Part shown: positions 14,161 through 27,142 of the stretch, piece after piece | Position numbering within the stretch: the first letter of the stretch is position 1 | How the letters are laid out: every line of letters starts with the position of its first letter | DNA from: the human T2T-CHM13v2.0 reference genome, Homo sapiens | Assembly (NCBI RefSeq): GCF_009914755.1 | Contig: NC_060929.1 | Length of the DNA stretch: 64,000 bases | Direction: 5' to 3' (one strand) | Translations under genes and position numbers: made by a program | Notes under the pieces: model-generated | What the model was told of the DNA's origin: nothing | Databases searched by the model: none | The model's input: the letters and a program-made list of their open reading frames with translations, nothing else

Positions 14161-15486
14161 TGGTGCACCTCTCATCTGGCCTGCCCCCTTGGATGGACAC
14201 TGTCACTGTCCACTTTTCCCAGCCCCACCCAGCCCCTGAAGGCACTGAACTTGCCACCTCTCACTCAGTCCTACATCTCCTGAGGTCCAGAGAGGGAAGT
14301 GGCTTGCCCAAGGCCACGTGGCCAGGTGGAGGCAGAGTGGGGGCTGGGGACTCAACCTCCTGATGCCCAACTGAGGGCTGTGCCCCAGCCCCCAGCAAGT
14401 ACATACCCTGGGCCAGTTGCCAGCAGGGACAGAGATGACACCCTACTGCCCACTCTTGGAGCTTGTGGCAAGTTGAGGAGACATTTCAACTCTGCCACCA
14501 TCACTGGCCCCCGACTTGCCAGCCCCTGAGCTGGACACTGCTGAGAAGAGTTGGCTCCCACCTGCTGTGTGCACTGGAGGGTGCACAGGCTGACAGCGGA
14601 GGCAGGTGCCTGCACAGCCAGCCCTGCGTCAGCAGGATCATGGGAGGCCGAGGAGCAAGCCATGCAGCCCCACGTCCCCCAGTCCCTGCCACACCAGCCC
14701 AGAGGAGGCAACATCTTTAATTTTGAATGAACAGGGCTGAGTGCATTGGTAGTAGGTGGGGTGCCCTGCAGGTTTAGGAGGAAGTCGGGGTGTGAGCCCT
14801 AACTTTAATACATGCACCTGGCTGAGCTGACTGCAGGGTATGGGTTGGTGACCAGGGATGGGACTGCTGTGTTAGTTGTATGGGAACCATTGCAGGGGTT
14901 TGAAGTGTGAGATCGGATTCTCTTTCTAGAAATAGCGAGGTTGAGGACGGCACTGAGCTAGGAGGTAGCCAAGGGAAGGCACACTTTGGGTGGTGGGGCC
15001 GGGGGTGGAGGCTGGATGAGTTAGGTGGCCACGAGGGAGGAAAGGAGGGAGGCTTCCTGGGAGGTGGGGGCCCTGCTGACTGCAAGAGGCAGAAGGAGAG
15101 TCGGGATGGCGCAGGCAGCGAGGGTGGGCGGGGAGCCTGGCTAGGGACCCCGGGGCAGGAGCTGATGGGGGCCACAGAAGCGGGGCCTCAGGAGAGCCGA
15201 GCCCGGGAAGCCGTTTGCAGCTTCAAGGAGTGGCTGCATGTGCTGGCCTCTGCTGTCGCCCTGGGCTGGTGGGACCCATGAGTGGGAGCTGGGTTTGTCC
15301 CTAGGTTACTGGGTTTTCCTGTGGGCCATTGTATGAGGAGGGGTCCAAGCGGGCTCATCTGCTGAGAATGGGAATCAAAGATTGGCTGGTGGCCTGTGGC
15401 CTCAGTCACCATCCTAGTGTGGGCAGTGGTGTATGTGCCCACAAATGCTAATGGACCGGGCTGCAGCAGGCATGATTCTGGAGGCT

Positions 15487-15565
15487 GTGCTCCCAGGACT
15501 TCCCAGTGCTCCCAGGACTTTCCAGTGCTCCCAGGACTTCCCAGTGCTCCCAGGACTTCCCAGTG
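15487..15565. repeat. 19-bp tandem repeat x4
   Basis: GTGCTCCCAGGACTTCCCA units. Confidence 0.92.
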
Positions 15566-16809
15566 GGGCTGGGGTCCCTGGGCCACCCCATGGGGGCATG
15601 GACGTGGGTCCCTCTTGGGCTGTGTTGGCCGGTGCCTAGCACGGTGCCAGGACATGTTGCCAGATGCATGCTCCTGGTTGAGAGCCCGGGGCACTGTAGC
15701 CAGCCTGCCTGGGCAGGAACCCATCGCTCTCGACTTACTGTGCCTCTCCATGCCTCAGTTTCTTCATTGGTAATTCAAATTAGTTCCTTGCCTCTTAGAA
15801 TTGTTGTGAGGGTTAAATAACATCCTGTCAAGTTCACCATGGCTGTCGTTGCTGTGACTGTGTGGGTGCCGTGACGGCTGTGGTTGTGGGCAGTGTCTCC
15901 CACCAGCCAAGGGCAGGCGACTGTGTAACCTCCCAAGTGCCTCTGGGCTCTGGTCCCCACCTTGCACAACCTGAGCTGCTGCCACTCCTGGACCACCCCG
16001 GCCCCAGCTCTGGCGGGGCACACATTAAACCAGTGAGATATGAAATGCCGCCATATGTGGGACAGGGTCTTTAATTAAATTAATTGCCAGCAACATTGTA
16101 AAAATGCTGACGGGGCCATAAATGGTGTAGGCCACGCTGTTCATCATCCCCGCGCCGGGGCCACACCTGGGCTGGGGGCGGGGCTGGCCATGGCGGGCTG
16201 CAGCCTCTGAGGGAGCTCTGTGCACCCCCCTCGGGTGGCCCCCGGAGAGGGGAGGGGAGCATGGGGGCAGGAGGCAGGGGAAGAATGTACTGTCAGGAGG
16301 GGCTGCAGAGTGGCACTCCTAGTTGGGGCAGCTCCTGACTTTCCAGCTGGCCTGTCTTGAGGGGCAACTGTGGAACAGGTGCACTGTCCTTACTCGGCCT
16401 TATGGTGCGTGTGCCTGGGGAAGAACCCGGATGGAAATGGGGAGGGTGCCCCCAGAGCTACTCTAAGTAGAGTTACCTCCATCCGTGGGCAGTCGGGTGA
16501 TCTGCCCCGGCTCTGCCATGGTCGCTGTGTGTCCTTGAGCTAGTCATCCCGTCTCTGAACTCATTTCCTCATTAGGAAGACAGAAGGACCCTACCCACCT
16601 GCCTGCCTCTGTCGTGTTCCCAGCGCCCTGCCGGCTACCCTCTCTTGGCCTCTCGCCTTTTGGGGAGCTGTGCCAGGAATTCTTTATGTCTCTCTCAGCC
16701 GGGGCTGCCACAGGCCTTGCCAGGGCTCAGAGCCTGCCTACCGCCCCTACTGCTTGTGAGGCAGCTGGGCCGGCCACCTGCCTCTGCCAGGTGAGAGGTG
16801 AGGGAGGCT

Positions 16810-16965
16810 CACACACACTCACACACACCACACACACAGAAACACACATACACCACACAGAAACACTACATACACCACACAGAAACACACACATATCACA
16901 CACAGAAACACACACAGAAACACATACACACCCCACACACAGAAGCACACACACACACACACTAC
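16810..16965. repeat. CA-rich low-complexity tract
   Basis: Imperfect (CA)n with interspersed CAGAAA. Confidence 0.85.
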
Positions 16966-19900
16966 AGCTACCAAAGCACAGGCGCCGGCCAAGGATCCCA
17001 AGGCAGGAAAGCGCCTTCCTTCCCCAGTTTTCCCTGGGCCGTGTGACCACATAATTACCCTGGATTCCATTCTATTTAATTGCAGCTTATTAAGTTCTAA
17101 CCAGCCAATTATCAGCCACAATTACAGCTTAATTCAGGGACACAATAGCTATTTTATCATTTGTTAATCAAATGCTTATTTAGACCTCAGCTTTATTAAC
17201 TATTTCTCTGGCCTGAGGCGAGGCCCCTCAGCAGGAAGGGGCCCTTGGTTGGGGCCATAGGAGCCCGTCCCCCCATCACAGCACTCCCCCCGGGAGTTTC
17301 TGAGTTCCCTTTGCGGTGGGTTCAGGTACTTAGCGATGGCAACAGTGTCACACTAAGTGTGGGAAGGCCCAAGCCAGTTCACTCTGCGTTTGCGACATCT
17401 TGGCTCAGCTCCTGCCCAGTGCTAGGCCCTGTGCCTGGTGCTGGGACCGGTGGCAAGACAGATGTGGTCCTGCTGTTGTGACATGTTTTACGGAAGAGTA
17501 ACCAAGTACACAAACAAGATGACCTCAGGTGGTGGCAGGCGTGAGGAGGAAAACAGACTGGGAAAGGGGAGGGAGAGGAAGAGCTCCTTCACACAGGCCA
17601 GGTCCTCGGTGACAGTGACTCCGCGGGAGCAGAGATGGGACGGGTTAGAGCAGGCAGCTGTGGGAAGATCGGAGGCAGCGTGTGCGGGCACGACAAGTGC
17701 AAAGGCCCTGCAGTGGGGTGAGTGCAGAGCATTTGAGAACAGATACAGGAGCCCTGCCCCACTCCTGGCCCCGGCCATTTGGCTAAAGTCCTTGGTGGGT
17801 TGTACCACCTTAGGAAAGGCCTGAGCCTCACGTTCCTTGTCTGTACAACCAGAGGCAGGAAGAAGGAGCCTGTGAGCAGTGGCCGGGGCGGAGGACAGGC
17901 CTGGTCTGCAGGAGCTGGCGGGCAAGGGACCAGCGGTGCCCCTGCCCAGAGTAGTCATCCTCTGAGATGGGAGCGGTGCCGCCCCCGCCCTGCCCCTTTG
18001 TTCTTTGTGGTTCAGCCTGTCTGCATGTCCTCCTCGTGACTCCTGTGTCCGTCCTTGTGACCAGGCCCCTGGAGCCCACTGGGGAAGAGGGTGACTTTCC
18101 TCCGATCTCGGGGAGGTGGCTGCTGCTTCAGTGACACCTTCATGCACACGTTACTATGGAAACCAGAGTGCCGTGCTTGCCTGTATGTGAGCGTAGGTCG
18201 GGGGAGCAGCCCTCCCTTCCAAGGAGCACTGAGAGGGACTGTCACCCCCATCCAGTCACCTCCACATCCGGCACGCTCCTAGACAGGAGACACTGCCCTC
18301 TCCCCACCTTCGTGCATTCACCACACACTGGGCATGGGCCCTGGGACTCTGGGCTCAGACCTGTCCCTGCCGTCCAGGGAGTCCTGTGCTATTGGGGGTG
18401 ACTGCTAGGGCGACAGAGGATGGACAGAGGGATGGACCAAGGGGACGGGAAGGGGAAGAAGAGAAGCAAGTCCTGGGGTGGACTGCACTCCCGAAAAACC
18501 TCATCCGCTATTTGCCCGTTTCACAAATGAGAACAATGAGGCTCTAGAAATAGGCGGTTCGCACAAGGGGCTGCAGTGGGGTCAAATAAGGCCAGGGAAG
18601 CAGCTGGCAGGCTGTACAGAGGTTTTTTATGTTTTGGCTTTGAAAGAATTCAGAGGCGTGCACCCCAGCTTGCTGCTGGCTGCATGGCACCCCGTTGTTA
18701 CCTCCAGGCAGGTTCATACCTGAGTTGCCACCTGGACTCTCATGGCTCTTACTGTGCCACCCAGATCTGTAGTCTCCGGTAGAGATTGAAACCCAGGTCA
18801 TGGAACCTGCCACTCCCCACCTTGCCCTCCTCACCACAGGTGCTGTCTCTGTCCCTGTCTCTGTCTCTCTCTGTCTCTCTAACAGCAAGTGCGGAACGTG
18901 TCCCTGCTTATCAGAGCCCCCTAGTGAAGCTCCCTCTTCACAGAACTGTGTATGTTTAAAAAGTAATAACTCATGCCGCCATCTCAGGCCGCAGGGATGC
19001 AGGTGGCAGGGAGTGCTCAGCCCCACTCCCCTGCGTGTCTGCAAGCCCGGCTGAGCCACACTGGGCTCCTGCTCCCCCTGCCCCCTGCCGCTGTGCCCCC
19101 TGGCTCCCTGACCCCTCTGCTTCCCCAGGGTCCAGCACTGGCATTTGAAGAACCTGGTTCCCTTCCCATTGAACTGAGGGGTTCATTGGTTGATTGGAAG
19201 GTAAGCAGAGCTGGCTCCCAGCCAGATTTGAGTTTCCCTCCTCCACTTCTAGCCCTTCGTTCCTGGGCTCTTGTCCCATTGCTGGGAATGATGTTCCACA
19301 TTCATTCCACAAAAACTCTCTGGCTGTATGTCAGGTCCTGACCAGGCTGTGGGGATGGGTGGTCCCTGCCCTCAAGGCCCTGACAATTTATATGGGAAGA
19401 CACATGCATAAATGGTGACAATATGATATTCAAGGCACTGGGGTGACTTCGGTAAGGGACTGTGGGAGCTCAGACTGGGGTCAGGGCAGGCTTCCTGGAG
19501 GAGGGGGTGTTTGAGCAGACCTTGAAGAATGAGTAGTGGTCACCCAGGCAGACAGCAGATGGGCAGGTGGACCAATGAGATGGAAAGATCCTGACTCCAA
19601 CTAGCTTCAGCCAAAAAAAGGAATGTACTGGCTCATGCTCTGGGAATCCAGAGCTAGCTGTGCCTCCAGGTCCATGGGACCCCAGGCCTCTGATGCTGGC
19701 AGGAGGAGCTGGCCTCTCCCTTGCACTGGTTGTCTCCACTCTTCAAGCTCTTGCTTCAGACCTGTGAATAGCCTGCCTTTACCCTCAGCCTTACGAAGGC
19801 CTACAATGCCTGCAGGACTGGCCCTTCCCTGTGAGGGCCCCCGGCAACTCCAGGGCTCCATGCCCACGGCTCCAAGCTCAGCACAGGGAGAGGGTCTCCC

Positions 19901-21696
19901 TTCCCAAAAACCCGACCAAGATGCTGGAATCCCGTCTATTGGACGGGGCGGCCTGCAAGTCCTTCTGGGAACCATTGGTGGGGATGGGAGAGGGGGAGCG
20001 TGCCCACCTCTGGGTCCACAGATAGGGTCAGCCCCTGGACCACGTGGCCTGCATGGTGGGAGGAGTTGAGGGGAAGGCATTCTTTAAAGAAAATCAGGCA
20101 CTGTCAGCCAGAAAGTGAGAGGGAGGCAGAAACTGGGACAGAACACGCAGAACCCCTGAGAATTGCACGTGGCGAAGACGCCGCCGGTGTGGAGGGATCC
20201 CTAGAGGCGAGGCCAGCAGGGCCTCAAATGCCAGCCAGAGGCACAAGTGGCACGTCATCCTGTGGCACTCCCCATGCCCGGACATCCGAGCACCTGTAGA
20301 GCGGGGAACCCAGGCCCTGGTGGACCTACTGGGGGCAAACCTCCATGGGGAGGCTGCCCAGGGGCTCCCCAAGGCCTGCTGGGCACCAGCATCCAGGGCT
20401 CAGGGGTGCAATGCTGGCTGCTGTGCCCCAGCCTCCTCCTCCACCCCATTTCACATCCAGAACAGCTCTCAGGGAAGCAGAGGAAGGGGCTGCCACCCTG
20501 GCCCCTCGCTGTGTTCCTCAACCGCGCCGTGTGGTCTGCAGGGCGGACGGCGCCCGCCACCAGGCCGCTGGGAGGATGGAAGGAATGGCGGCAGCCGCCC
20601 TGGGGAAGCAGCACCCACCTCTCCCAGCTGAGTGAGGCCGAGTGACGCCCTGTCCCTACCCCTCCCCTGCCCCCAGGGACGGAGGCCTTGCTCAGTATAT
20701 ATGGGTTCATTAATAGCTTGATTAATCACACCTCATATTTTCTGGTGCTTTTAAAAATAAAACATTTGAAAGCACTTTCACACCCACCTTGGGCCTCAGA
20801 GTTCCGGGCGAGTCTTATCTCCCAGACTGCAGGTGAGGAAAGGGGCTGAGCCTACAAGAGCAGCATGTGCCAGCGGGTGGCTGGGGGCAGCCTGGAGCCA
20901 GGGGCTTCTCCTGCCCGCCACTCCGCCTGTGGGCTGCTCTGCCCTCTCTCTGGGTCTCTCCACAGACCAGGAGTGAAGGGGCCACCCTAGGCAGATCTGA
21001 AATTCTAGAGGGAAAAAGCGGTGGTCATTCAGTCACGCAACAAACACTCCATCAACATCCTGGTGAGACCTGGGCTCCTGCCCCCAGGGAGTTTATGGTC
21101 TAACAAGGGAAGTGGCGTACAAACTCACCCTGGTCCTGAAGTGGCATTAACCCAGATGGAGGCTCAGGGGATGGAGCAGGTGCTTTGAGTGACAAAAAGT
21201 GTGGATCCAGAAAGGCCTCCAGGAGGAGGCGACAACTTTGCTGACATTTCCCTGGTGGACCAGGTGGAGCAGGTCCACCACAGTCCACACCACTGGATGC
21301 CCACAGCAGCCTCCCCACCTCCCCTCTGCCCAGTGCCACCCCTCCCCTCCCACTCCTCACGCAGGGAGAGCACACCACACCCCTGCACATGACCCCCAAG
21401 GCTTCCTGTGGCCCTGGCAATGAAATCCCAACTCCTGACTCGACTGTAAAGGCCCCTGGGGTCCAGCCCCTGCTTCCTGTCTGACCAAACACGTCTCGCC
21501 CTCACTCACTCTGCCCAGGCCACACTGGCCTCCCTGCTGTCCTCAAACAAGCCCAGCTGCCTCCTGCCTTAGGGCCTCCCCTGTTCCCTTTTCCAAGCAC
21601 ACTCTGCAGCCTGGCCTTGGCATTCAGGGCGCTGCTCAGATGGCACCTGCCTGAGCCCCGCTCCCTCGAGAGCCCTCTCACCCGCCCCTTTCTGAA

Positions 21697-21760
21697 AGTC
21701 TGCCCCTTCTACCTTCTCTGCTGCACTTAGTCCGCCCCTTCTACCTTCTCTGCTGCACTT
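21697..21760. repeat. 32-bp tandem duplication
   Basis: AGTCYGCCCCTTCTACCTTCTCTGCTGCACTT x2. Confidence 0.85.
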
Positions 21761-23292
21761 GGGTTTTGTTTTGCTTTGTTTCCCCAACTTGAAAGCAAGC
21801 TTCAGAGACGGGGACTGTGTTGTCTTGCTTGCGCTGGATCCCGGTGCCCGGAACAGTTCCTGGCACACAGCAGGCACTCAATAATTATTTGTTGAATGGA
21901 TACGTTTCATGTCTTGGAAGAAGGTGGCATCCGTCCCAGGCTCAGTTCAGTCCAAGGCTCCTTGCCCAGGGGTCTCTTGCCTCCCATTGCCACCGGCCCC
22001 GGGGACTCATCTGCTTCCCCTCCTTTCTGTAGCTGCCACCCCCGTTGGCCCCCAGCCTCCCTACACACACGCACACACACACACATGCATGCCACACACA
22101 CATGCGCACACACACACACGCCTTGCCCCTCCTCCTTGCTATTCCTGAGAAGATGTGTGGTTTGGGGGTTGCCCAGTTTGCTGCTCCCACCCTTGCCGAG
22201 CAGGGGCACCAGCTCCAGCTGACGTGGGCAGCCAGTTCTCTCCTGAGAGAGGCAGGGCCAGCCAGTGGGCTCTGGGGCTCACTGCAAATGGGGTTCCCAC
22301 TTCAGGGCTTGAGTCATCCACCCAGCCCTGTCTGACCAAGTCCTGTAGTTCCTGGTGACCAAGCGCCCGTCAGGAATCTGCTAGTCAGTGAATGAGGTCT
22401 TCTAACTTAATTCCAAGCGGGCAGCCAGGCCAGGTCACGTCCCTTGCCAGTGGGAAAGCTGTGACATGGCGGAAGGAGCCTCTGGGAAACTAGGGATGAG
22501 TGGGGTTTGGGAAGTGGCAGGGCCCATGAAGCTGGTGGGCCCATACCTGCCTGCTGTCCTGCAGGCCCACGAGCCACTGCAACCAAGGTGTGTCCGCCCT
22601 GGCAGTGTTCTCACACGCCCGTCCGTCAGTGGCCCCAGAGGCAGCAGCGGTAGGCACCCCACCCCGAGGCCCCAGTTGCTAATGCCCGCATTAAGCAGCC
22701 TTGTGCTGCACGGCATGGACCGAGGATGCACAGTCTGGGGGTGGGGACAAAGCCTCCTGCCTGCTTCTCCTGTGACAACAGCTCCAGCACCAGCGAGGAC
22801 AGGCCCTAGATGCAGAGAGGGTGAGATGGCATGTGTGGTTTCCCAGGAGAGTTGAGGTAGGGGAACCCTCTTTCCAGAGGAGGTGACATTGGAGCTGAGC
22901 CCTGGAGAGAAGGTAGGAAAGCACTGGACAAAGAGGAAGGAAGGGAGTTTCAGGCAGAGACCTGGAGGTGGGAAGCTCCTGCCTCGGAGGGATCCATGGG
23001 TGTCTCTTCAGAAAAGGGCTGGAGCACTGACTGGGGCCAGAACGTGAGGCTCAGTGATGTCAGTCAAAGGCACTTGGCCCTATTCTGAAACACCCATGGG
23101 AGCCAGATGAACAATGGAAATGGGAGAAACAGACCCAGGGTGAGGCAACAGGGAGTGGTGGGGACTATGGCAAACTAGCCAGCTCTCAGGCCCTGTTGAA
23201 AGGATCCTAGGTCCTTTGGACTGAGCAGGCACTACCTGGCGTTGTCTTTGATGGACAAGTACATGGAAAGCGAAAGAAAGAGAGAGAGAGAA

Positions 23293-23360
23293 GGAAGGAA
23301 GGAAGGAAGGAAGGAAGGAAGGAAGGAAGGAAGGAAGGAAGGAAGGAAGGAAGGAAGGAA
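23293..23360. repeat. (GGAA)17 microsatellite within purine tract 23270-23415
   Basis: 68 nt of uninterrupted GGAA. Confidence 0.95.
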
Positions 23361-23657
23361 AGCAAGCAGGCAGGCAGGGAGGGAGGGAGGGAAGGAAAGA
23401 AAGAAAGGAAGGAAGCTCACGCTAGTAGCCTGGGCTGTGCAGTGGGGGAGGCGAGAGGCTCGGCTGTGCCTTCATTCAGGTGAGAGCCCTGACCGGGACA
23501 CCGAGGGGGGGACAGACAGATCTCAGGTACTGATGGCAAGGATAGAAGTCACACAGTGAGCTCGGGGGCCAGAGGCAGAGAAAGCCAGCCCTGACTGCCC
23601 AGGAAGATTCCTGTAGCCCCGAGAGGACGTCCAGTAGCACCTTAATTTACCCCACCC

Positions 23658-24140
23658 ATGCCCTTGCTAGAGGGCATAGCTGCTAGAATGTCCTTGCTAG
23701 AGGGCATAGCTGCTACAATGTCCTTGCTAGAGGGCATGGCTGCTAGAATGTCCTTGCTAGAGGGCATGGCTGCTAGAATGCCCTTGCTAGAGGGCATAGC
23801 TGCTAGAATGTCCTTGCTAGAGGGCATAGCTGCTACAATGTCCTTGCTAGAGGGCATGGCTGCTAGAATGCCCTTGCTAGAGGGCATAGCTGCTAGAATG
23901 TCCTTGCTAGAGGGCATAGCTGCTAGAATGATGTCCTTGCTAGAGGGCATAGCTGCTAGAATGTCCTTGCTAGAGGGCATAGCTGCTAGAATGCCCTTGC
24001 TAGAGGGCATGGCTGCTAGAATGTCCTTGCTAGAGGGCATAGCTGCTAGAATGTCCTTGCTAGAGGGCATAGCTGCTAGAATGATGTCCTTGCTAGAGGG
24101 CATAGCTGCTAGAATGTCCTTGCTAGAGGGCATAGCTGCA
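23658..24140. repeat. 30-bp minisatellite, 16 units
   Basis: ATGYCCTTGCTAGAGGGCATRGCTGCTAGA; two units carry an extra ATG. Confidence 0.96.
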
Positions 24141-26920
24141 GCCTGGAGGGTGCCCCCTGGGTCCACCGGATAAATGCCCCCCGGGGCCACTGTGGCGTGA
24201 CAGAGGCCCTGGAGAAGTGAGCTATGCCCCTTATTGGTCACAGTACATTTATTTTTCATTAGCAGTTAAATGCAGACATGAGGGATTGTGCTGGGTTCAC
24301 CAGGCGGCTGACGCGAGCAGTGCTTGGCGTGCTGATCGATAGGGAGGCTGGAGGGCCGCACACCCCCTCCCTGCCCCCACACGCCCAGCCAGGGACCCCT
24401 GCCCACCCAGCTCCCCCGCCAAGAGGCAGGCACAGGCCAGCGCATTGTCTACCTGTTAAGGGATGTGGCACAGGTGGGCCCGGAACCTGCCACTGGGGGG
24501 GCTTGGTGACACCTGCCTGCTCCCCAACACCTGCAGGGCTTGCTCTGGCATCCATCTTGGCCTGTCCTCTGCACGGCCTAGGGTCCTCCCAAATGCTGCA
24601 GCTTGCCTGGGTGCATGTCTAGAGCGGCCCTCGGGCCAGCAGCACCCATCCCACACCCCCACTCCAGGGTTCACACTCCCCAGCCTCCCAAGACCACCTC
24701 CTTCCATTCATTCTCCAGACCGTGGGAGGACCATGTGGGAGCCCAACTCAGCACTGCTCTCCCTGAGCCCACCCCTGGGTCCCACGTCTGGGTCAGGGCT
24801 GGCCGGTGGCTGCCAAGTGACCATGGCGAGCACACAGGTGACTGTACACTTGATGAGCCCAGTGTCTCAGCTGGAGGCTCTGGGGTAAGGGACCCCCTCG
24901 GGCCTCAGGTTCCCCGTCAATAAGGTGTCTTGGTCCCACCCCCCAGCGTCGCCTGCATTCCGCCACTTCCTGAGCCTACGACAGACCCCAGCAGAGGTGG
25001 TTCAGGGTGGGGTGGGTCTGGGTCTGATGACCTTCATTTTCACGACATGTGAACTGCAAGTGTGACCCCGCTTATGAATGCGGGCTTGGTGTCCATAACA
25101 GAGCTGCGGAACATGCGGGGGGCAGTTGCCAGTGGGAGGGCACACAAGGGAAAAAGCCAAGCTGGGGAGAGGCCGGAGTCTGGCAGGTGGGCAGGAGGCA
25201 GGCAGGGAGGCCAGAGAGTGAGAGGAGGGGCAGGCGCCCAGGGAGGGCCGGCGACCCAGCAGCGGACAAACTGTCCGGCTATGTCCCAAATGCCCTCCAC
25301 ACCCATCTGCCCCTGAGCTCACAAAGACACAGCTGTTGCACCCCTCAGCTCAGCCAGCCTCCCTCTGCCATCCCTAAGGCACCTGCCAGCTCTGTGCCTC
25401 AGTTTCCTTGTTGGCTCTCACCCCCTATGAGATTGCTGTGAGGATGACCAAGCTGAGGGGGTGCAGCCCTTTGCTGTGGAACACGCAGAACCGTGGGGGT
25501 ACCAACAGCAGCCTACGCTCCCTGAGCACTGTGCTGAGTGCCTCACGCCTGTTTCATTTCATCCTCACAACAGCCTTAAGAACTGGGCACCACGCCCCAT
25601 TTTGCAGGTGAGGAAACAGGTTCAGGATGGGGTGGATGGACCTGCCTGAAGTTGCAGAGGCCCCTGAACCCTCGGTCCGAGCCTGCCCTCCAGGGCGCCT
25701 GCAGGAGCTGGTGCACACACCTCCTGCCGTGAAACCGGGGTCCTGGTGAAGGGCGGACTCCCACCCTGGGGAGAGGGTCCCTGCGCAAGCAGGAGCGAAA
25801 GGGGCAGTGGGCCAGGCGTATGTGCCCCTCGGTGGGTAGGGTGGGCCCAGGCCTCCCAGTCTGAAGCCCTGGGTGGGTTTTGGATCACCCGTGGGGAGGG
25901 TGGAGGAGCCCAGAGGCCATCCATGTGAGGGGCCTGTGGACATCCCCACAGGCAGCTGTCATCTCCATCTCACAGATAGCAAGCCACTCGCTCCCCAAGG
26001 TCACCACTAAGATGAGCAGAATAGATGGTCTGGAAACCCAGGGTTTCCCTCTATGCCCAGGGGCTGCAATTGTGAATGCGCATTGGTGGGGGGATCACTG
26101 CAGCCCCAGGGGAGGCCAGGCTGGCTGAGGACCTGTTCAAAGGGCGGCTGCGGGTTGTGGGAGCTGAGGGTGACCCCCACCCCATCCTCTCAGGGGACCT
26201 GCTGGTTGGGCAGGGATCAGACTACTCTGGGGGTTTTACCTCTGCCAGTGCCTCCAAGCCAATTACCTGTGTAATTAGCAACAAATGACTTGTGGGATGG
26301 TTGTGGTTTTCAGTTAAAATTAGAAGGAAACCCACATATTCAGGTCTCCTTGAAGGAGGTGGCCCAGGTATCTCAGATTCCCAGACAGACTCCCGGCTCT
26401 CGCCTTGCCCGTGCCCACCCCGCATGTTATTTCTGAGCACCTACTATGTGCAGGGCCAGGGATGGGGCCAACCAGGAAGCAGGGCCCCAGAGGCGGCCAC
26501 TGGCCAGGGCTGCTCCCTCCCTCGCCCCAGGCAGCTCACCTGCCTGGCCAGGGACCTTCTCACCTTGGCCAGCCTTGCCCTGGACCTCCCGGGCAGGGGC
26601 CTGCCTGGCCAGATCCCTGGACTTCTAGGAAGGCAGTCGCCAGGCCACCTCGGTGCTGGGACTCCGCCCAGGTCTCATTTCACCTCACCACGGTCTTCAG
26701 GATGGCATGGGCTGCTCCTTCCCTGCTTGTACAGAGGAGGACATGGAGGCCCGGGTGGGGGATGGTCATTGGCCTGAGATTGCCCAGCTGGGACATGGCA
26801 GAGCCTGGACTCACTCTCCTCCCATCTGCCCCAACCCACGGTGGAATCGTTTGCTGAGCCGCTGCCTCTACCCTGCCCAGTCTGGCCCCTGGCTCACCTT
26901 CCCCCTCTGCCCTGCCGCAG

Positions 26921-27142
26921 GTGCCCAGCAGAGTGCCACCGTGGCCAACCCAGTGCCTGGTGCCAACCCGGACCTGCTTCCCCACTTCCTGGTGGAGCCC
27001 GAGGATGTGTACATCGTCAAGAACAAGCCAGTGCTGCTTGTGTGCAAGGCCGTGCCCGCCACGCAGATCTTCTTCAAGTGCAACGGGGAGTGGGTGCGCC
27101 AGGTGGACCACGTGATCGAGCGCAGCACAGACGGGAGCAGTG
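26921..27142 (+). CDS. UNC5A: UNC5A exon 2 (Ig1 start)
   Basis: ccgcag|GTGCCCAGCAG...AGTG|gtgagc; [37 protein letters not shown]; 222 nt. Confidence 0.96.

Noticed and set aside
15487-15565. NF-kB-like GGACTTTCC in the 19-bp repeat
   Set aside because: Only one unit has it, and it lacks the first G of GGGACTTTCC.
23642-24259. ORFs on both strands (MSLLEGIAAR and AAMPSSKDIL repeats)
   Set aside because: Open only because the repeat unit is 30 bp; no splice or promoter support.
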